DNA of 64,000 nucleotides from a virus (Duplodnaviria > Caudoviricetes): positions 1-64,000 of the IMG/VR virus record IMGVR_UViG_3300031813_000669; one strand, given 5' to 3'. The translations under genes were made by a program, and so were the position numbers. Each line of letters starts with the position of its first letter. Within the stretch, counting starts at the first letter, position 1. Below are positions 56,224 to 64,000 of this stretch, piece by piece. Below the pieces are notes generated by a model. It was not told the origin of the DNA. It did not search any database and saw nothing but the letters and a program-made list of their open reading frames with translations.

Positions 56224-58758
56224 ATGTCTACAGTTAAAATTTCAGAATTACCATTACTTACCCAACTAAATGCTAATACCGCAAATAGTTTGTTTGTGGG
56301 TGTCGATATACCATCAGGTGTAACTGGTAAATTTACTGCACACACTCTAGCACAAGGTTTATATTCTAATGAAATTTTAAATGTGGGTGGAAATCCTCTT
56401 TTATTCACCAATACTATATCCCAGTTTGCTGCATTTGATTCCTCATTCTTACAAATCAACCTACAGAACATCACAGGATCAGGATCCTCAGATTTTGTTG
56501 CTACTGCTAACATCGGCACACAAGCAAACAATTATATCGACATGGGCATCAATGGATCGACTTTTAGTGATCCTAATTTCTCTTCAATGAAATCTCTTGA
56601 TGGTTATTTGTATGTGCATGGTTCAAGTGATTATTCTTCAGATGGTAATCTTGTTGTAGGAACAGCATCAAAAGGTGCTAATGTATCAATTATTATTGGT
56701 GGTACAAAGTCTAGTAATGTTGTGGCGACATTCGGCAACAACAGCACATATTTCTATAAAGACGTATTTACAGGCAATGTTACTGTAACTGGAAACTTTA
56801 TACTTTCTGATGGATCTGTAGCTGCATCAAACACATATATGCAGGCTAATGATTTAACAACATTAACTTTGTCTAGAACTTATACCGATACAGCCAATAC
56901 ATTCTTAAAAGCCAATGATGCATTAACTTTAAGTTCAGCTAAATCATATACTGATACTGCAAATACATTTCTACAATCCAATATTGCTTCGACATTAACA
57001 TTATCTAAAAACTACACAGATACCACCAATAATTTCATACAATCAAATTATCTTGCTAATACAACAGGAAGATTTAATGGTTCATTAACCATAACTGGTA
57101 ATTTGACTGCAAATACCTTTGGAACTACAGTTTCATATGATAATATATCTTCCAACAATGCAGTATTCTCGAAAAATATTACTGTTCTAGGATCAATTAC
57201 AGCTAACACATCATTAGGTAATGTTTTCTTTTCAAATATAACAACAATAACAACACAAGCAAATACACTACAATTCTTCTCTCAATCATCATCAAATCCA
57301 CCACCACAAACATCTGGTCAGATATGGTATAATGGTGATATTCAGTCATTAACAAATGATACTGATATTGCAGGCGATAGACCAGGTATAGGTAGAGTAT
57401 TGTATGAAAGAGTATACAATCAGACCGGTGCAACCATTCCTGCTGGATCTGTTGTAAGATTACAAGGTAATGTAACATCTAATAATATTCCTTGGGTTAC
57501 TCTAGCTGATGCAACAACGGCGGCGAATTCTTTGGCTTCCGGTTATGTGAAGAATGCAATTGCAAATGGAGCTTACGGTTACACCTATAGTAGTGGTATT
57601 GTTGAAGGTTGTAATACTTCAATGTACACTACTGGTGATATACTGTTCTTGACTGCAACTCCAGGTGCAGGTACAATGGCAAATACTGCTCCATTAGATC
57701 ATGCCAATGCATCTATACAGATCGCAAAAGTAGTATCTTCGAATGCAACATCAGGTAAACTTCGTGTTCAGATTATAGATCGACCTGCATACGGAAAGGC
57801 AAATGGTTCTGTCGTATACGCAAACAACAATATTCTTGTTGCAACACAGATGTTGTTCTTGAATGATGATTTAAGAACAGTTAATATTGCAGGTAGTATT
57901 TCAGCAGTTGGTAGTATTGCGTTGACTGGTTCAATTACAATGAACAACTCCACATTTGCTGCAAATAGTGCTGCTGTTAACATTATTGCTTCCGCTAATG
58001 GTGCAACCCAAGCACCTATTGCTGATGGTACATTGTTACAATTAACAGGTAAAGATGGTTATAATGCCAAAGTAATTCTTGATTCTGCTGGTGCATCAAA
58101 TAGTACATATGCACTTTTCAATGGTCGTTCCATGAGAGGTACTGCACAGAATCCTACCGCAACACAAGCAGGAGATACGATAGTAAGATTTGGTGGTAAT
58201 GGTTATGGTGCAACAGGATTTGGTTCTGGTGTTGGTTCTGGTGGTGCAAAGATGGATTATGTTGCACTTGAGAACTACACAGACACACAGAAAGGAACAC
58301 AGATTATATTAGCAACAACACCCGTTGGTTCTAATGCACTAACAACCGTTGTTACATATGCAGCTAATGCTATTAACTATGCACAGAATACATCACTATT
58401 CATTGCAAACACCATTCACTATAATGCAAATTATAACAATACAACAGTAACACAGTTAACCAATAAATCAACTGCTGTTTATGCAAATGGTCGAACTGGA
58501 CAGATCACGACCAGTGGTGCGAATTTAAATAAAGGTGCGGCAGTATCATTTACAGTATACAATACATATGTTACCAGTGCAAAAGATGTTATTATTATTA
58601 ATATTGCAAGTGGTGCATCAGTAAATTATGATGTTAGTGTGAATGCAGTCTCACCGGGAAGCTTTGTTGTTGTTATAGATAACTGTGATGGAACACCATC
58701 CGGATCAAATGCGGCAGATACTCTGATATTAAACTTCGCAATCATTAATGTAACCTAA
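56224..58758 (+). CDS. virion structural protein (fibre/baseplate-associated)
   Basis: MSTVKISELP N-terminus; N/T/S/G-rich beta-structure typical of fibres. Confidence 0.6.
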   Translation: MSTVKISELPLLTQLNANTANSLFVGVDIPSGVTGKFTAHTLAQGLYSNEILNVGGNPLLFTNTISQFAAFDSSFLQINLQNITGSGSSDFVATANIGTQANNYIDMGINGSTFSDPNFSSMKSLDGYLYVHGSSDYSSDGNLVVGTASKGANVSIIIGGTKSSNVVATFGNNSTYFYKDVFTGNVTVTGNFILSDGSVAASNTYMQANDLTTLTLSRTYTDTANTFLKANDALTLSSAKSYTDTANTFLQSNIASTLTLSKNYTDTTNNFIQSNYLANTTGRFNGSLTITGNLTANTFGTTVSYDNISSNNAVFSKNITVLGSITANTSLGNVFFSNITTITTQANTLQFFSQSSSNPPPQTSGQIWYNGDIQSLTNDTDIAGDRPGIGRVLYERVYNQTGATIPAGSVVRLQGNVTSNNIPWVTLADATTAANSLASGYVKNAIANGAYGYTYSSGIVEGCNTSMYTTGDILFLTATPGAGTMANTAPLDHANASIQIAKVVSSNATSGKLRVQIIDRPAYGKANGSVVYANNNILVATQMLFLNDDLRTVNIAGSISAVGSIALTGSITMNNSTFAANSAAVNIIASANGATQAPIADGTLLQLTGKDGYNAKVILDSAGASNSTYALFNGRSMRGTAQNPTATQAGDTIVRFGGNGYGATGFGSGVGSGGAKMDYVALENYTDTQKGTQIILATTPVGSNALTTVVTYAANAINYAQNTSLFIANTIHYNANYNNTTVTQLTNKSTAVYANGRTGQITTSGANLNKGAAVSFTVYNTYVTSAKDVIIINIASGASVNYDVSVNAVSPGSFVVVIDNCDGTPSGSNAADTLILNFAIINVT

Positions 58759-58778
58759 TTTGAGTAATAAATAAAACC

Positions 58779-60164
58779 ATGGCAAATATATCACTTCTAA
58801 CATCAGGTTTAAAAAATACTACTGTAGTACAGATGGCCTACGCTCCTTCTTCTTATATAGAAGGTAGTGAAGATAACGAAGTTAATCTATCTCAATTGTA
58901 TTGCGTACTTTCCTCGGTGACACCATGGCCAGATGATAATAATCCACCGACACCAACCCAAGATCAGTATTCAGTTAAAAAATTTCTAAAAAATGCATTT
59001 GTTGCTAAGTTGATAACAACAAACAATATATCTCCTGTAGTTCATAGAAATGATTGGTCCGCAAACACCATCTATGATTATTACAGAGATGACAAAGAGA
59101 TGACAATTACTGATGAAAACGGTTACTTAGTGTATAATTTTTACATTAAGAACAAGTATGATCAAGTATTCAAATGTTTGTGGAATAATAATGGTAGTCA
59201 ATCTACAGTAGAACCATATTTTGAACCAGGATATTACTCCACAAATAATATCTACACAGGTGGAGATGGTTACAAGTGGAAATACATGTACAGTATAAGT
59301 TCACAACAAAAAGTGAATTTTATGGACTCTACTTGGATGCCTATACCTTTCAATTTTAATTGGCCTAATCCAATTAAAAGTCAATATGGTTATGGTAGTT
59401 TAGATGTTATCAATGTATTAAATGGAGGAACAGGTTACAACCCTTCATTAGGTGATATATTAGTCAATATAACTGGAGATGGAACTGGAGCTTCAGCTAA
59501 TGTAGCTCTATCAGGTAATGTAATATCCGATATAATCGTGACAAATCCAGGATCAAATTATACCTATGCTACTGCAACAATACAATCACCATCAGGTAAT
59601 GGTGTTGTAATTTCTGCAAATACTGTTTCACCCATTGGGGGACACAGTTGGGATCCTATGTCTGAACTTGGATGCAATCATGTGATGATTACAGTAGAAT
59701 TTAATGGAACTGAGACATATAATAACATAAATTATATGCCAACTGACATAACCTATTACCAAATGGGAATATTAGTAAATCCAACATCAAAATTAACAAC
59801 TTCTGTAGCAAATTCGAATATATACAAATGTTCCACCGATTTAGTTCTATCAAGCACAGGAACAAAATATACAATAGGTGAAACTGTCTTCCAAGGATCA
59901 ACACTAACATCTTCAACATTTACTGGTACAGTTTTAGATTTTGATGCATTTAATAGTGTATTGAGTCTGATAAATACTAAAGGAACTTTAGCAGTCAATC
60001 AAGCAGTTGTAGGATCATCATCTAGCGCTTCTAAAGTTTTAATATCATATATGACACCAGATTTCATACCTGTCTCAGGTTATCTAGCATATATAGAAAA
60101 TAGATCAGGAATACAAAGAAGTTCTGATGGAATTGAACAATTTAAATTAGTATTAGGATATTAA
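58779..60164 (+). CDS. gp8: baseplate wedge subunit gp8
   Basis: PWPDDNNPPTP, R.DW...TIYD.YR, FY.KN..DQVFKCL.N, DGYKWKYMY.I, GGH..DP..ELG, YIENR..I.RS.D..EQFKLVL. Confidence 0.9.
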   Translation: MANISLLTSGLKNTTVVQMAYAPSSYIEGSEDNEVNLSQLYCVLSSVTPWPDDNNPPTPTQDQYSVKKFLKNAFVAKLITTNNISPVVHRNDWSANTIYDYYRDDKEMTITDENGYLVYNFYIKNKYDQVFKCLWNNNGSQSTVEPYFEPGYYSTNNIYTGGDGYKWKYMYSISSQQKVNFMDSTWMPIPFNFNWPNPIKSQYGYGSLDVINVLNGGTGYNPSLGDILVNITGDGTGASANVALSGNVISDIIVTNPGSNYTYATATIQSPSGNGVVISANTVSPIGGHSWDPMSELGCNHVMITVEFNGTETYNNINYMPTDITYYQMGILVNPTSKLTTSVANSNIYKCSTDLVLSSTGTKYTIGETVFQGSTLTSSTFTGTVLDFDAFNSVLSLINTKGTLAVNQAVVGSSSSASKVLISYMTPDFIPVSGYLAYIENRSGIQRSSDGIEQFKLVLGY

Positions 60165-60173
60165 GGTAACAAA

Positions 60174-63100
60174 ATGGCACTAAATTTTAACGTCAATCCG
60201 TATTATGATGATTTTGATCCTAGCAAAAATTTCCATCGTATACTTTTTAAGCCAGGCGTAGCAGTACAAGCTAGAGAATTAACACAATCTCAAACAATTT
60301 TACAGAATCAAATATCCAATTTAGCGGATAGTTTTTTCTCTCAGAATTCTCCTGTTACTGGTGGCCAAGTAACAACAAATGTTAAATGTTATTACCTTAA
60401 ACTCAACACAACATATAATGGATCACAAATTGTAGCAGCAAATTTCTTGAATAAAAACATAACAGATGTAACTGGAACTATATTAGCTAAAGTTATAGCT
60501 ACTGCTGAAGCAACAGGATCAGCTTCAAATCCTGGAGATCCTCCTACATTGGTAATTACATATCTTTCTGGTGGAGTATTTTCAGATAATATGTCTGTTA
60601 TTACAACAGATGGAAGCAATCAAATTGCTATCACTATTGGTACAACAGGTGGCACCACCTCTACAGGTTATTCATCCGTTGCTTCAATAAGTCAAGGTGT
60701 TTTTTATGTGGTTACTGGATGGTCTCAATCCAATGTTCAAAATCCAGATGGAACATATTCAAAGTATTCAATAGGCAATTTTGTAAATGTTGCTCCCCAG
60801 ACTATTATCTTAGATAAGTATGATAATGCACCCACGGGTAGAATTGGCCTTAATGTTGTTGAATCTATTGTTGATTATATTACAGACACATCACTTCTGG
60901 ATGAGGCAGTTGGTGCTTCGAATTATCAGGCACCTGGTGCAGATAGATATAAAATCGATTTAACTCTTGCTAGTTACCCTATTGACTCGGGAACAGAAAG
61001 TCTATCCTTTATTGAGTTGGTTAGAATCAATAGCGGAAGTTTGGTAAAAATTGTTAACGGAAAAAGTTTCACTTCTTCATTTGAAGATTATTTCGCAAAA
61101 AGAGATTATGAGACAAATGGAGATTATATCGTAAATGACTTCAAAATAACTGCATCATCTATACCAGGAGACACTACAACTTATAACTTGACAATTGGTC
61201 CGGGTGTAGCATATGTGCATGGATATAGAGTTGAGAATAATAGTCCTATAACCATCAATTCACCTAGATCACAAAACACACAAACTGTTGCAGGAAATTC
61301 TTTCCATACGGATTTTGGAAGTTATTTCATTACAGATTCAATGAAAGGTTTGTTTGATTATACAACTATGCCACAAGTTGATTTTCATTGTGTTCCTTCA
61401 GCTAATATAAATTTATCTTCAGCAAATACTTATAATTCAACTCTAGTTGGAACTGGATTCATAAGAAACCTTGTATTCCAAAATGCATTAAATGGAACAA
61501 ACCCAAATGGATATTTGTTTAACACATATGTCAATGATATTCAAACCATAACTCTGAATGGTAAAGTAAGCACAGCTACAAATACAACAATAACAATTGT
61601 TGATACAACAAATAACTTCTCTAATACCAACAATGCATATTATGGTGCTAAGTTAACAATAACCGGAGGAACAGATTCACTTCTTGTTTCGGGTGTTAAT
61701 GAATCTGCGAAAATAATAACAAATTACTCTGTTACTGGCAGCAGCAAAACATTTACATTGAATTCTCCATTCTATGTCACACCAGATAGTTCGACAACAT
61801 TCTCTATCTCATTACAAACTAATCTGGTAGAAAGTATCGTACAAAAATCACTGACAGGATCTTCTAATCCTACATATGCACTAACAGCTAATACTAATAT
61901 CAATAATACAGGTAAAGTAAACGGAAATCCAACTGGATATACAATACTCAATAACGCAACATCACCAGAATTGATCTTTAATATTGGTTCAAGTTATGTT
62001 TCAGCTTCCGGAGGTTCAAGTTATTATACGTCCAAAATATTCAGAAATCAAAATTTCAATATTATTACCGGTCAATTACAAATAACAGCTCCATCAGGAA
62101 TGTCATTCTCTTGTGGACAGGGAACATTTGGTGGAGGAACAAATAATTCTGCATTCCAGGAAACATTCCTTATTGTTGATACCAATACTGGAAATATTTT
62201 AGATTTTACTTCTTCAGGTAATACTGTAACGGTATTAGGATCTACAGCTACATTTACATCATCAGTTTATGCCTCACAATACACTAGTTCAACAATTAGT
62301 GTTATATCACAGTTAAAGGTAACTGATGGTGATGCTTATACCACAATAAAAAAATCCAAAAATCTTGTTAGTGGATTAGTATCAACAGCTGGAACACTTA
62401 CCGCTGTATCAGGACTAGCTAATACTTATATTTCTACCGATATTAATAATAATCCAACAGGACAAACATATATTCCATATACAAGTCTTGGTTACGGATC
62501 TATTAGTTTATATGTAACCGATTTAACCGATATAGTAAAAATTTATGACCTGGGTACACAAGGTACAATACCTTCAGCCGGATCATCTTTAACATCTTTC
62601 AATGATATAACAAATTATTTTACATTAGATAATGGTCAAAGAGATAATTATTATGATTTCGCATCAATAAAATTGAAAGCTGGATTGTCACCACCAAAAA
62701 ATGATATTCTTGTTGTTTATAATTACTATCTACATTCAGGCGGCGATGGTTATTTCAATGTAAATTCTTATCCGAATTATACTACAATTCCATCCTATTC
62801 AGCTAAAGACGGAAACATTTATAATTTAAGAGATTGTATCGATTTTAGACCTTCTAGAATAAACGGGCAGGCGTCTTATGTATGGGAATACAATAACAGT
62901 TTGAGTTCTCTGGGTATGATGATTCCTACACCTGGAGTATCTTCATACTTTCAACATAATTACGCATATTATCTGTCCAGAAAAGATAAATTAGTCTTAA
63001 CAAAAGATGGTCAATTTAATATAGTTTATGGAACACCAGCTATAAACTCCATTTTACCTAAAGAACCATTGGGAACACTAGTTCTAGCTAATATATTTTT

Positions 63101-64000
63101 AGATCCTTATACTTCTTATATTCCTGGTGATATTGTTAATCATCAAACTCCTATTCCAAATTTAACTTTAAACAAAGTATTACACAAGCGTTGGGCAAAA
63201 TCTGATATAACGGAATTGCAGAACCAAGTTAATAATTTGGAATACTATACAGCACTTTCTGCATTAGAATCTAGTGCTTCTAATATACAGGTACCAGATA
63301 ACAACAATATTAATAGATATAAAAATGGTATTCTTGTTGATAGTTTTAGTGATTATTCAGTTTCAGATTCAGCATATCCTGGATTCTCAGCTAAAATTGA
63401 TATAAGAAATAGAAAATTAGGTCCACAACAACACATTTCTAACTTTCAATTACAGAATCCATTAGTATTAAAATTTGCTGCTAATACTGCAACAACATAT
63501 AAAGTTCACAGTATAGGTTCTTCTGGAACAAATATTTTCACTCTACCTTATACCACTTCAGACTTTATCGTTCAGAAATGGGCAAGTAACACAATTAGTA
63601 TCAATCCATTCTCTGTAATCACAGAACAAGGAACACTATCACTTATTCCACCCGCTGATAATTGGTTCAATTCAATTAAACCACCGGATTTATTGATTAA
63701 TACTCCTAATATGCAATTTAATCAATATAATGGAGGAAATAATCTATTGAATTCAGGCGATGCTTATTCTCCTATTGGTGTATCAACTTACAACCAGCAG
63801 GATACAGGATTACAAGTATCCACCAATTATCAAAGTCAATTGATGGGATTATCTACAACATCAACCACATCAACTACGGCAGGAGCTTTATCTGTTGATA
63901 ATGGTGTGATTAACAATAATCAGGTTGCAACTTACATTAGACAACAAGACATTGGAATTTACGCAAGAGGGTTGTTAAAAAACTCTAAATTAACATGTTT
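60174..64000 (+). CDS. large virion structural protein (DUF4815/VrlC-like), truncated by the window end
   Basis: MALNFNVNPYYDDFDPSKNFHRILFKPG.AVQARELTQSQTILQNQI; APGADRYKI.L; absent from the ORF track, consistent with no stop inside the window. Confidence 0.8.
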   Translation, partial: MALNFNVNPYYDDFDPSKNFHRILFKPGVAVQARELTQSQTILQNQISNLADSFFSQNSPVTGGQVTTNVKCYYLKLNTTYNGSQIVAANFLNKNITDVTGTILAKVIATAEATGSASNPGDPPTLVITYLSGGVFSDNMSVITTDGSNQIAITIGTTGGTTSTGYSSVASISQGVFYVVTGWSQSNVQNPDGTYSKYSIGNFVNVAPQTIILDKYDNAPTGRIGLNVVESIVDYITDTSLLDEAVGASNYQAPGADRYKIDLTLASYPIDSGTESLSFIELVRINSGSLVKIVNGKSFTSSFEDYFAKRDYETNGDYIVNDFKITASSIPGDTTTYNLTIGPGVAYVHGYRVENNSPITINSPRSQNTQTVAGNSFHTDFGSYFITDSMKGLFDYTTMPQVDFHCVPSANINLSSANTYNSTLVGTGFIRNLVFQNALNGTNPNGYLFNTYVNDIQTITLNGKVSTATNTTITIVDTTNNFSNTNNAYYGAKLTITGGTDSLLVSGVNESAKIITNYSVTGSSKTFTLNSPFYVTPDSSTTFSISLQTNLVESIVQKSLTGSSNPTYALTANTNINNTGKVNGNPTGYTILNNATSPELIFNIGSSYVSASGGSSYYTSKIFRNQNFNIITGQLQITAPSGMSFSCGQGTFGGGTNNSAFQETFLIVDTNTGNILDFTSSGNTVTVLGSTATFTSSVYASQYTSSTISVISQLKVTDGDAYTTIKKSKNLVSGLVSTAGTLTAVSGLANTYISTDINNNPTGQTYIPYTSLGYGSISLYVTDLTDIVKIYDLGTQGTIPSAGSSLTSFNDITNYFTLDNGQRDNYYDFASIKLKAGLSPPKNDILVVYNYYLHSGGDGYFNVNSYPNYTTIPSYSAKDGNIYNLRDCIDFRPSRINGQASYVWEYNNSLSSLGMMIPTPGVSSYFQHNYAYYLSRKDKLVLTKDGQFNIVYGTPAINSILPKEPLGTLVLANIFLDPYTSYIPGDIVNHQTPIPNLTLNKVLHKRWAKSDITELQNQVNNLEYYTALSALESSASNIQVPDNNNINRYKNGILVDSFSDYSVSDSAYPGFSAKIDIRNRKLGPQQHISNFQLQNPLVLKFAANTATTYKVHSIGSSGTNIFTLPYTTSDFIVQKWASNTISINPFSVITEQGTLSLIPPADNWFNSIKPPDLLINTPNMQFNQYNGGNNLLNSGDAYSPIGVSTYNQQDTGLQVSTNYQSQLMGLSTTSTTSTTAGALSVDNGVINNNQVATYIRQQDIGIYARGLLKNSKLTC

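Noticed and set aside
1-64000. CRISPR array or TIGR-like guide array
   Set aside because: No regularly spaced repeat-spacer series seen; the repeats found are dispersed promoter/leader cassettes or coding repeats. The PD-(D/E)XK gene at 32303 is the usual T4-like exonuclease, not part of a cas operon.

Overview
This 64 kb window comes from a large, AT-rich T4-like myophage. Most likely it infects a gammaproteobacterial (type Ia, Methylobacter/Methylomonas-like) methanotroph, because it carries a lone, full-length pmoC among phage genes. Positions ~1-31 kb are an accessory region of small + strand ORFs driven by repeated sigma70-like promoter cassettes. This region also holds a membrane transporter plus TonB-dependent receptor pair, two AAA+ ATPases (one CobS-like), pmoC, a cupin, a tail-collar protein, a divergent PurD-like ATP-grasp enzyme and six HNH/GIY-YIG endonucleases. 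Positions ~31-37 kb hold PhoH, a PD-(D/E)XK exonuclease, a seventh endonuclease, a circularly permuted tmRNA gene, RlpA, gp33, gp59, a 5'(3')-nucleotidase and gp32. From ~37 kb to the end is the tail/baseplate module (gp26, gp51, gp54/19-like, gp2, gp4, gp48, gp53, split gp5, PAAR, gp25, gp6, gp7, gp8 and a large structural gene cut by the window end). Four observations stand out. (1) A ~56-nt structured leader with full base-pair covariation sits in front of four otherwise dissimilar endonucleases, each downstream of a T4 late promoter. (2) The two-piece tmRNA has a 146-nt intervening segment containing an ORF. (3) A TonB receptor/permease operon lies in the same phage as pmoC. (4) A canonical -1 slippery site joins gp26 to gp51. 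No database searches were run; all family assignments come from motif recognition by eye.
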